Part shown: one piece after another, positions 28,216-36,154 of the stretch
How the letters are laid out: each line of letters begins with the position of its first letter
Numbering within the stretch: position 1 is the first letter of the stretch
From: Thermoanaerobaculia bacterium
GTDB lineage: Bacteria > Acidobacteriota > Thermoanaerobaculia > Multivoradales > Multivoraceae
Direction of reading: 5' to 3'
DNA: 64,000 nt
Assembly: GCA_963666565.1 (NCBI GenBank)
Contig: OY762911.1
Coordinates: 2,022,797-2,086,796 of the forward strand
Made by a program: the position numbers and the translations under genes
The notes under the pieces: generated by a model
Told to the model about the DNA's origin: nothing
The model's input: only the letters and a program-made list of their open reading frames with translations
Databases searched by the model: none

Positions 28216-29016
28216 TCAGGGCAGCTTCGTTACGAGGGCTTGGCCCGTCGGCAGCGCGAGCGGGGCCTCGGGCCGGCCGGCGAAGAACTCGTCCACGGCC
28301 TCCTTCTCGCCGCGTGCGGCGGGGAAGCCGTAGTCGTCGAAGACGACGACCGCGCCGGCGGCGAGGCGCGGGTAGAAGTAGTCCAGGCAGTCGAGGGTCG
28401 AGCGGTAGAGGTCGACGTCGATGTGGACGAAGGCGAAGCGCGAGTCCTCCAGGCCCTCGAACGTCGACGGGATGAAGCCCTCGTGGATCCGGAGGCTGCC
28501 CGGGAAGCGGCCGAGAAGCCGCTCGACGTCCCGCGCCGAGGTGGCCCGGAAGACGCCCTCTTCCAGGTCCGGGTCCCGCTCCGGATCGGGCGCCGGGAGC
28601 CCCTCGAAGCTGTCGAAGAGATGAAGGGCCTTGCCGCTTCCTTTCAGCACCCTGGAGAGGAGGAGCGCCGTGCCGCCGCGGTACACGCCGCACTCCGCGA
28701 AGTCGCCCGCGACGGACAGCGCCTGGCGGCCGAGGCGGTAGAGCACCTGGCAGCGGTCGGCGGAGACCACCGTGTACGGCTCGACGCCGTCGTACGCCTC
28801 CCGGAAGTCCGGTTCGCCGCGCCAGGGGGCCCAGATCGGCGATGGGGAGCGCCACTCGCGGTAGAAATCCCCGGAGGCGTCCGCCATTGCGGTCGAGTCC
28901 CGGCGGGACCGGGGAAAGACCTCGAAGTCGTAGCCGAAGCGGCGCAGGAGGCCCTTCGTCAGCCGGTATGCAGCGGCCCTCGCGTCGCCGCGGAGCCTGC
29001 GAACGAGAGAGAGCAT
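28216..29016 (-). CDS. TylF/MycF-type class I SAM-dependent O-methyltransferase
   Basis: Macrocin-O-methyltransferase-like motifs (VFDSFEGLP, ECGVYRGG, VVVFDDYG); start chosen at MLSLVRRL. Confidence 0.65.
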   Translation of the reverse strand: MLSLVRRLRGDARAAAYRLTKGLLRRFGYDFEVFPRSRRDSTAMADASGDFYREWRSPSPIWAPWRGEPDFREAYDGVEPYTVVSADRCQVLYRLGRQALSVAGDFAECGVYRGGTALLLSRVLKGSGKALHLFDSFEGLPAPDPERDPDLEEGVFRATSARDVERLLGRFPGSLRIHEGFIPSTFEGLEDSRFAFVHIDVDLYRSTLDCLDYFYPRLAAGAVVVFDDYGFPAARGEKEAVDEFFAGRPEAPLALPTGQALVTKLP

Positions 29017-29070
29017 CGGCGCCGGTCGCGACTGTATCCTCGGCTCGATGCTCGGCGGGGGTTTTGATCG

Positions 29071-30036
29071 ATGACGCTGGCGGCTGCCGGCTGGCGCCGC
29101 GCCCTCGCTCCGGGCTATCGGAGCGGACTCGTCCTGGTGCTCCTCGGCCTGTGCGTGGTCTTCGGACTCGTAACCGACCACTTCTGGAGCGCGCTGACCT
29201 TCCGCACGCTGGCGAACCAGTTGCCGCCGCTGGTGGTGGCGTCGGCCGGACTGACCCTGGTGCTGATCGCCGGCGGCATCGACCTCTCGGTCGGCTCCGT
29301 GCTGGCGCTGGCGGCGGCGGTTCTGGGCGTGCTGACGGTCGATCAGGGGCTGCCGCTGGTGGCGGCGGCGCTGGTTGCGCTCGTCGTCGGCGCGCTCTGC
29401 GGCGCGATCAACGGCGCCCTCGTGGCGCGCTGGTCCATTCCGTCCTTCCTGGTCACGCTCGGCATGCTGGAGATCGCCCGCGGCTCGACCTATCTCGTCA
29501 CCGCGTCGCGGACGAGCTACCTGGGCGACCGCGTCTCGGTTCTCGGCGCGGCGACGCCGGTGCTCGGGCTCTCCGCGGCGTTCATCGGCTCGCTCGCGCT
29601 GGTCGGCGCGCTGCAGTTCGTCCTCTCGCGCACGGCCTTCGGGCGATGGGTGTTCGCGGTGGGCGGCAACCGGGAGGCCCTGCGGCGTTGCGGCGTTCGC
29701 CCCGCGCGCGTCCAGTTCGCGGTGTTCACGCTCGCCGGTTTGCTGGCGGCCGTCGCCGGGCTGTGCCAGGTCGGCTACCTGCAGTCGGCCGATCCGAACG
29801 CGGCCATCGGAATGGAACTGTCGGCCATCGCCGCGGTCGTCATCGGCGGCACGTCGCTCATGGGCGGGCGGGGGTCCGTCGCGGGCACCTTGCTCGGCGT
29901 GCTCGTGATCGCCGTGCTGCAGACGGGCCTCGCCCAGGCCGGCGCCACGGAGCCGACGAAGCGGATCATTACCGGCGCCGCGATCCTGCTGGCGGTGGCT
30001 ACGGACATGTGGCGGCGCCGCCGCGTGCGGCGGTAA
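29071..30036 (+). CDS. Sugar ABC transporter permease (RbsC-like)
   Basis: 8-10 TM helices and the ribose/branched-chain permease family signature. Confidence 0.85.
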   Translation: MTLAAAGWRRALAPGYRSGLVLVLLGLCVVFGLVTDHFWSALTFRTLANQLPPLVVASAGLTLVLIAGGIDLSVGSVLALAAAVLGVLTVDQGLPLVAAALVALVVGALCGAINGALVARWSIPSFLVTLGMLEIARGSTYLVTASRTSYLGDRVSVLGAATPVLGLSAAFIGSLALVGALQFVLSRTAFGRWVFAVGGNREALRRCGVRPARVQFAVFTLAGLLAAVAGLCQVGYLQSADPNAAIGMELSAIAAVVIGGTSLMGGRGSVAGTLLGVLVIAVLQTGLAQAGATEPTKRIITGAAILLAVATDMWRRRRVRR

Positions 30037-30165
30037 GGTCGCCGCTCCGCGGCGCGTTCTCTCAAGGCGGGTCGGAAGACCCGCGCACCCGGCGGCGGTA
30101 AGGCCGTCGCTTCGCGGTGCGTTTTCTCAAGCGGGTCGGAAGACCCGCGCACCCGGCGGCCGTTC
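30033..30165. repeat. Tandem duplication (about 62 bp x2) carrying two REP-like hairpins
   Basis: GGTAAGGnCGnCGCTnCGCGGnGCGTTnTCTCAAGnCGGGTCGGAAGACCCGCGCACCCGGCGGC repeated head-to-tail. Confidence 0.6.
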
Positions 30166-30240
30166 CGCAGCCGGGGCGGCTATTCTGGGTGCCGCGGACG
30201 TACTCGCGCCCGGAGCAGCCCGACCGATGAGGAGGCCGAC

Positions 30241-31440
30241 ATGAAGAACCGATCCACCATCCGCAGTCTGACCCTCGCCGCCGCGACGCTGGCCGTGGCG
30301 GTCGCGCCGCTCGCCGCCCAGGAGCGGGCGATCGAGTTCCCCGACGTCGACGGCTATCGGACCTTCGCCGTCGACCTGCACACCCACTCCGTCTTCTCCG
30401 ACGGCATGGTCTGGCCGATCATCCGCATGCAGGAGTCCGAACGCGACGGCCTCGCGTTGATGGCCGTCACCGAACACCTGGAGTACCAGCCGCGGATGCA
30501 GGACATCCCGCACCCGGACCGGAATCGCTCCTACGTCGTCGCCAGCGAGTACGTCGCGGAGGCGGGGCTGGACGCGATGGTGGTCAACGGCGCCGAGATC
30601 ACGCGCAGCATGCCGCCGGGCCACGTCAACGCCGTGTTCATCGAGGACGCGAACGCGCTCCTCGTGCAGACCAGCGGCGCGGACTACATGACTCGGCTTC
30701 GTCCCTCCACACCGGAGGAGCAGGCCGCGAGCGAGCGGGAGGCGCGGCGGGCGATCGAGGCGGCCAACGCGCAGAACGCCTTCGTCTTCTGGAATCACCC
30801 GAACTGGCCGCGCCAGCGGCCCGACGGCGTCGCCAGGCTGACCGACATGCACCGCGATCTCATCGCCGAGGGCCTGCTGCACGGCATCGAGGTGGCGAAC
30901 GGGGACTTCTACTCGGCCGAGTCGCTCCAGATCGCGCTCGACAACGACCTGGCGATCCTCGGCGTCTCCGACGTCCACTACCTGATCGACTGGGACTACC
31001 TGCCCCATGCCGGCGGCCACCGCACGGTGACTCTCGTCTTCGCCGAAGAACGGACCGCCGAGTCGATCAAGGAGGCGCTGCACGCGAACCGCACGGTCGC
31101 CTGGCTGGCCAACTGGCTGATCGGCCGCGAAGACGCGCTGATGCCGCTGCTCGAGGCGTCGCTGCTGCTGACGAAGGTCGAACGCAGCGATGGCGACGAA
31201 CTGATCGACATCCGGCTCTCGAACGTCTCGGACGCCGCCTTCGACCTGCGGGTGACGAGCGGGCACCGCTTCAACGGCCCGCCGTCGACGATGCGGGTCG
31301 AGCCGCACAGCGACATCGACCTGGCGATCAGCGGCGAAACGCGCTCCAGCTTCGAGATGGCCTTCGAGGTTCTGAACGCCATCACGGCGCCGGAGACGCA
31401 CCCGACGCTGCGGCTGCCGGTCGAGCTGCCGCCGCAGTAG
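30241..31440 (+). CDS. Secreted PHP-domain (polymerase/histidinol-phosphatase-like) metal-dependent phosphoesterase
   Basis: Signal peptide; DLHTHSVFSDG PHP motif. Confidence 0.55.
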   Translation: MKNRSTIRSLTLAAATLAVAVAPLAAQERAIEFPDVDGYRTFAVDLHTHSVFSDGMVWPIIRMQESERDGLALMAVTEHLEYQPRMQDIPHPDRNRSYVVASEYVAEAGLDAMVVNGAEITRSMPPGHVNAVFIEDANALLVQTSGADYMTRLRPSTPEEQAASEREARRAIEAANAQNAFVFWNHPNWPRQRPDGVARLTDMHRDLIAEGLLHGIEVANGDFYSAESLQIALDNDLAILGVSDVHYLIDWDYLPHAGGHRTVTLVFAEERTAESIKEALHANRTVAWLANWLIGREDALMPLLEASLLLTKVERSDGDELIDIRLSNVSDAAFDLRVTSGHRFNGPPSTMRVEPHSDIDLAISGETRSSFEMAFEVLNAITAPETHPTLRLPVELPPQ

Positions 31441-31560
31441 CAAGACTGGGTGCGCGGGTCTGCCATCCGTGCGCCCGATGACGGCCGCACGGACCGGTTC
31501 ACGGCTGGCGCGGTTCGCGCCACCCGGGTGCCTGGCCCGCTGCCGGGTGCCTGACCCGCT
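31441..31560. repeat. Composite REP-like element (degenerate hairpin plus CCATCCGTGCGCCCGATGACGnnCGCACGGA submotif)
   Basis: Shares an extended composite with 35176-35340; located between convergent genes. Confidence 0.5.
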
Positions 31561-31571
31561 GCCGGTGGCGC

Positions 31572-32669
31572 TCAGTCCCGTTCGCCGCGGCGCTGGCGCT
31601 CGACGATCCGGCGCACCGAATCCACGTCGGGCGCCCAGTACCGTTCCCGGTCTTCGACCGGCGGTTCGGCCAGCGGCCGTACGACGCGGAAGCCCAGGAA
31701 GCGGGCGTTCGTGTGGTACCAGACGCTCTGCGGGATCTGGGGATCCATCCGCTTCCACGAGAGGTCCGATCCGCGGCGGGCGGCGCAGCGAAGGTCGGCC
31801 GGCTCGTCCCGCCAGGAGCCGCCGCGGACGCTGCGCGGGTACTCCCTCTCCGGCCAGGCGATCGGGTCGACGAGAACCTCGCCCTCGCCGAGTTCCGCGT
31901 AGGCGGCCCAGGCGTCGAGGGTCCACTCGGCGACGTTGCCGTGCAAGTCGAAGAGTCCCCAGGCGTTCGGTTTCAGCCGGGCGATCTCGCGGTAGCGGCG
32001 GCCGCTGTTGCCGGCGTGCCAGGCGAAGCGGTCGATCTCCGCCGGGGCGTCGCCGAACGACCATGCCGTGTCCGCGCCGGCGCGGCAGGCGCGTTCCCAC
32101 TCGGCCTCGGTCGGCAGCCGGTAGAAACGGCCGGTCTTCATCGACAGCCACTTGGTGAAGTGGCGAGCCGCGAACTGGGTCATCGAGATGGCCGGGAATC
32201 CCTCGACGCCCATGCCGAAGTCCATCGGCCGGTAGGGCGGCGTCGGCCGGCTCACCGCGTCCGCCCAGGCGGCCGCAGGTTCCTCGCCGCCGCGGTCCAT
32301 GTCGAACATGAAGACGCGGTACAGGGCCCAGGTCGTCTCGTGGGTCGCCATCCAGAACGGGCCGACTCGCACCCGGAGGCGCGGGGATTCCAGTTCGCCG
32401 CGTCCGGGTTCCGTGTCCGGGCTGCCGAGCAGGAACTCGCCGCCCGGAACCGGCGTCATGTCGAGGTGAAGCTCTCCGCCTTCGACGCCGGCGCCGACGC
32501 CGACGATCCGCTCCCGGTAGGGCCGCATGTCGGCCTCCGCGGCCGCGACGGCGGCCGGCACTTCCACCGGCGGCGGTTCGCCGGGAGGCATGTCCGGGTA
32601 GCGGCTCGCTCCTGGCTCTTGCGCCGCGGCCAGGAACAGCGCTCCTGCGAGCGCCGGCCCCCTCAGCAT
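31572..32669 (-). CDS. Formylglycine-generating enzyme (FGE/SUMF1 family)
   Basis: FGE-sulfatase domain motifs (RGGSW, RCAARRG, YRLPTEAEWE). Confidence 0.85.
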   Translation of the reverse strand: MLRGPALAGALFLAAAQEPGASRYPDMPPGEPPPVEVPAAVAAAEADMRPYRERIVGVGAGVEGGELHLDMTPVPGGEFLLGSPDTEPGRGELESPRLRVRVGPFWMATHETTWALYRVFMFDMDRGGEEPAAAWADAVSRPTPPYRPMDFGMGVEGFPAISMTQFAARHFTKWLSMKTGRFYRLPTEAEWERACRAGADTAWSFGDAPAEIDRFAWHAGNSGRRYREIARLKPNAWGLFDLHGNVAEWTLDAWAAYAELGEGEVLVDPIAWPEREYPRSVRGGSWRDEPADLRCAARRGSDLSWKRMDPQIPQSVWYHTNARFLGFRVVRPLAEPPVEDRERYWAPDVDSVRRIVERQRRGERD

Positions 32670-32678
32670 TTCCTCTGA

Positions 32679-32795
32679 GTGCGCGGGTCCTCCGACCCGC
32701 CGCCGCCGAAGGCGGCCTCCGAACCGTACATCCGCTGGGTGCGCGGGTCTTCCGACCCGCTGCCGCCGAAGGCGGCCTCCGAACCATCGCCGGCT
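32679..32795. repeat. Two tandem REP-like elements
   Basis: GTGCGCGGGTC(C/T)TCCGACCCGC(C/T)GCCGCCGAAGGCGGCCTCCGAACC x2. Confidence 0.6.
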
Positions 32796-32859
32796 CTGCC
32801 GGCGTCCGCACTGTTCAGCACGCCGCCGTCACCCATGCGTCAGCGCTGCGACCACTCGC

Positions 32860-33651
32860 CTAACGTCCCTTGAAGACCGGCCGCCGCTTCTCCAGGAAGG
32901 CCGCGATGCCTTCCGCCGCGTCTTCGGTGCGGGCGGCGTCGGCGATCGCCTGCGACTCGAACTCCATCTGGGACTCCAGGTCCTCGGAGAAGGACTGCAG
33001 AACGAGTTCCCTCGCCCTGCCGAAGGCCCACGTCGGCCCCGCGGCGAGCTGCTTCGCCAGCGCCTCCGCCCGCGCATCGAGATCTTCCGGCGCCACGACT
33101 TCGGTCACCAAGCCCCAGTCCAGGGCCTCGGCAGCCGAGAGCGCCCGGTTCGTCAGGATGAGCTCGAGCGTGCGGTGACGCCCCAGGAGCCTCGGCAGGA
33201 ACCAGGTCGAACTGCCGTCCGGCGTCAGGCCGGCGGCCGTGTAGGCCATCGTGAACCTCGCCTTCTCCGAGGCGACGACCAGGTCGGCGGCGCAGGCCAT
33301 CGAGAAGCCGGCGCCGGCCGCCGCCCCCTGCACCGCGGCGACGATCGGCGCCCGCCCGCGGACCAGCCGCGTCAGCGACGCGTGAAGGAAAGCCGTCATC
33401 TCCTTGAGCACCTTGGGCAGCGAGTCGCCGGCGGCGTTGAACGCCGCCACGTCGCCGCCGCCGCAGAACATCGGCCCCGTGCTTCGCAGCAGGATCGCCC
33501 GGACCTCGGGGTTCTCGTCGCACTCGATCCCGATCTGGAGCAGCTCCCGCGCCATCTGCGGGCTGATCGTGTTTGCCGCTTCGGGCCGGTTCAGCGTGAT
33601 CCGGGCGACGCCGTCCCGGAGGTCGAGGGTCACGGTGCTCGTGTCGTTCAT
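32860..33651 (-). CDS. Enoyl-CoA hydratase/isomerase family protein
   Basis: Crotonase fold motifs (FCGGGD, AAVQGAAAGAG). Confidence 0.85.
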   Translation of the reverse strand: MNDTSTVTLDLRDGVARITLNRPEAANTISPQMARELLQIGIECDENPEVRAILLRSTGPMFCGGGDVAAFNAAGDSLPKVLKEMTAFLHASLTRLVRGRAPIVAAVQGAAAGAGFSMACAADLVVASEKARFTMAYTAAGLTPDGSSTWFLPRLLGRHRTLELILTNRALSAAEALDWGLVTEVVAPEDLDARAEALAKQLAAGPTWAFGRARELVLQSFSEDLESQMEFESQAIADAARTEDAAEGIAAFLEKRRPVFKGR

Positions 33652-33841
33652 GGCGGCGATGGTAGCGGAGGCTGACGGTGGCGCCAGCGTCCGAGACGCC
33701 TCGCAGGCTCGGCGCTTCGGCCCATCCGGTCCTCGCTCGGGAGCTTGAGCCGCGAACTCGCTACACTGCGTTCCGCGGCGCAAGCTACTAGACTAGGACG
33801 ACCGGAGACGAAGACGGCACCTGGCGGTGCGGGGAGACACG

Positions 33842-35173
33842 ATGGACGGAACCTCTCGACGCAGTTTCATCACCGGGGCCTCGGCGGCCCTGCTGGCAGG
33901 CGGAGTCGGCGGCCGCGCGGCGGCGGCCGCGAACGCGGACCCCGACGTGGGCCGCGCCCGCGGCGACGACACGCTCCGCATCGGCCTGATCGGCTGCGGC
34001 GGCCGCGGCACCGGCGCCGCGGCGCAGGCGCTCTCGACTTCGGGGCCGGTCGAACTGGTGGCGATGGCCGACGCCTTCGAGGACCGGGTCGAGAACTGCT
34101 ACGCGCGGCTCGCCGAGATGGGCGAGGAAGGCTCGTTCGAGAACGGCAAGCGCCTCCAGGTGCCGGCCGAGAACCGCTACGTGGGCTTCGACGCCTACCG
34201 CAGGGTGATCGACTCCGGCGTCGACGTCGTCGTCCACGCGACGCCGCCGGGCTTCCGGCCCGAGCATTTCGAGTACGCGGTCGAGCAGGGCAAGCACGTC
34301 TTCATGGAGAAGCCGGTCGCGGTCGACGCGCCGGGCGTGCGGCGCGTGCTCAAGGCCGCCAAGCTGGCGAAGGAGAAGGACCTCAAGGTCGGCGTCGGCC
34401 TGCAGCGGCACCACAGCGCGATGTACAACGCGACGATCGACCGGGTCCACGACGGCGCCATCGGCGACGTGGTCGCGCTTCGCGTCTACTGGAACGGCGC
34501 CGGCCTCTGGGTGCGGGAGCGCCAGCCCGGCCAGACCGAGATGGAGTACCAGATGCGCAACTGGTACTACTTCAACTGGCTCTGCGGCGACCACATCGTC
34601 GAACAGCACATCCACAACATCGACGTCGGCAACTGGGTCAAGGGCGGGCACCCCGTCGAAGCCCAGGGCCAGGGCGGCCGCCAGTGGCGGAACGGCCCCG
34701 ACCACGGCGAGATCTTCGACCACCACTTCGTCGAGTACACCTACGACGACGGCGCCGTCATGCTGAGCCAGTGCCGCCACATCCAGAACTGCTGGGACCA
34801 GGTCGCCGAGTTCGCGCACGGCACCAAGGGCAAGGCGGCCCTGGCCGCCGGCGTGATCAAGGCGCCGGGCGGCTGGAAGCACCGCGAACCGGAGGACGAG
34901 AAGAGCCCGTACCAGGTCGAGCACGACCGCCTGTTCGAGGCCATCCGCGAAGGCAAGCCCTTCAACGAGGCGAAGAACGGCGCCATCGCCACGATGACCG
35001 CCGTCATGGGCCGCATGGCCACCTACTCCGGCAAGAAGATCACCTGGGACGAGGCGCTCAAGTCGGACGTGTCCTTCGAGCCGGCGAAGTACGCCTGGGA
35101 CGCCGCGCCGCCGACGGTGCCGGACGAGCACGGCCGGTACACCGTGGCGGTGCCGGGAGTGACGAAGGCGTAG
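33842..35173 (+). CDS. Gfo/Idh/MocA family oxidoreductase, TAT signal
   Basis: SRRSFITGASAALLAGG twin-arginine signal; LRIGLIGCGGRG Rossmann motif; EKP motif. Confidence 0.85.
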   Translation: MDGTSRRSFITGASAALLAGGVGGRAAAAANADPDVGRARGDDTLRIGLIGCGGRGTGAAAQALSTSGPVELVAMADAFEDRVENCYARLAEMGEEGSFENGKRLQVPAENRYVGFDAYRRVIDSGVDVVVHATPPGFRPEHFEYAVEQGKHVFMEKPVAVDAPGVRRVLKAAKLAKEKDLKVGVGLQRHHSAMYNATIDRVHDGAIGDVVALRVYWNGAGLWVRERQPGQTEMEYQMRNWYYFNWLCGDHIVEQHIHNIDVGNWVKGGHPVEAQGQGGRQWRNGPDHGEIFDHHFVEYTYDDGAVMLSQCRHIQNCWDQVAEFAHGTKGKAALAAGVIKAPGGWKHREPEDEKSPYQVEHDRLFEAIREGKPFNEAKNGAIATMTAVMGRMATYSGKKITWDEALKSDVSFEPAKYAWDAAPPTVPDEHGRYTVAVPGVTKA

Positions 35174-35175
35174 AC

Positions 35176-35340
35176 AAGTCTGACGCCAGTCACTGGGTGC
35201 GCGCGGGTCGTCTGACCCGCTGCCGCCGAACACTGGGTGCGCCGGGGTGCCATCCGTGCGCCCGATGACGAGCGCACGGATGGCTCGCGCGTGGCGCGGG
35301 CCGCGCCACCCGGGTTCTCGCCAGTTTCCGAAGAAACGCG
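35176..35340. repeat. Composite REP-like element (two degenerate hairpins plus shared CCATCCGTGCGCCCGATGACG..GCGCCACCCGGG tail)
   Basis: Homologous to 31441-31560; between convergent genes. Confidence 0.5.
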
Positions 35341-35367
35341 CCGCGAAGCGGCGGCCGTTGTGCCGCG

Positions 35368-36024
35368 CTACGGCGCGGCCTCGAATGCGGCGAGGAACTG
35401 GTGATCGCCCCAGGCGATCCTCAACACCGCGCCCGGTTCGACCTCCAGGAACTCGATCGTCAGCTTCTCGGTCGGCTCGTCGGCCGTGGAGTGCTCGAGC
35501 GGCACCTCGACGGCGTCGGCCGCCGGGGCGCGCTGACTGCCCCAGATGTCGGCGTCGCCGTTGAAGACGAGGTTCCAGCCGTCGGCGGTGCGCTTCGGCC
35601 ACAGGCTGTAGACGCCCGGGTAGTCGGGGGAGGCGTTGCCTTGCGGCACGACGACTCCGCCGAAGGAGAGCGAGACGCCGGTGAGCAGCTTGAGCGCCCG
35701 GCCGCTGTTCCAGACGGCAACCTGGCCGGGTTCGAGATTCTCGAATGCGCGGTAGTCGTCGCTGTCCGCCAGGAGATCCGGATAGGAGATTCGGAGCTGC
35801 TTGCCGCCGAGTTCGAGTTCGGCGAGGTTGCCGTAGCGCAGGCGTCGCAACCGCTCGCGGCGGGCGGCGGCCCTGGCGGCGGCGTCGCCGTCGTCGGCCT
35901 GGGCGGTGGCCGGGGCGGGGTCGGAGCGGCTTGAGCCAGCCGGTTCCTGGGCGGTGATCGGCGCCGCTTCGAGGAGCAGGGCGGAAAGGAGGGCGAGGGC
36001 GGCGATGGCGGTCGTCGTTCTCAC
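35368..36024 (-). CDS. Secreted DUF2911-like protein
   Basis: Signal peptide; family commonly found in high-GC environmental genomes. Confidence 0.5.
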   Translation of the reverse strand: MRTTTAIAALALLSALLLEAAPITAQEPAGSSRSDPAPATAQADDGDAAARAAARRERLRRLRYGNLAELELGGKQLRISYPDLLADSDDYRAFENLEPGQVAVWNSGRALKLLTGVSLSFGGVVVPQGNASPDYPGVYSLWPKRTADGWNLVFNGDADIWGSQRAPAADAVEVPLEHSTADEPTEKLTIEFLEVEPGAVLRIAWGDHQFLAAFEAAP

Positions 36025-36154
36025 GGCGAGCTCCGGTAGAGGTTGCGGAAGGAAGGGGCGGTCGTGGCCGCTCGGCGGAGCTTACAGGCCGGAGTGACCG
36101 CTTGCGGCTCGGCGGTAGACTCGGCGAAGGCGCTTGCCGCCCGGAGACCGCTCC

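Noticed and set aside
18071-32873. Small ORFs beginning MRGSSDPLPPEAA or containing AGRKTRAPSG (18071-18319, 28045-, 29775-30152, 32679-32873 and others)
   Set aside because: These peptides are simply translations of the REP-like repeat in either orientation; they recur because the DNA element recurs, not because they are a protein family.
18061-35340. Possible CRISPR array suggested by the recurring about 30 bp hairpin repeat
   Set aside because: Copies are kilobases apart with irregular spacing and mixed orientation, are interspersed with ordinary genes, and no cas genes are present; REP/BIME-type elements explain them better.
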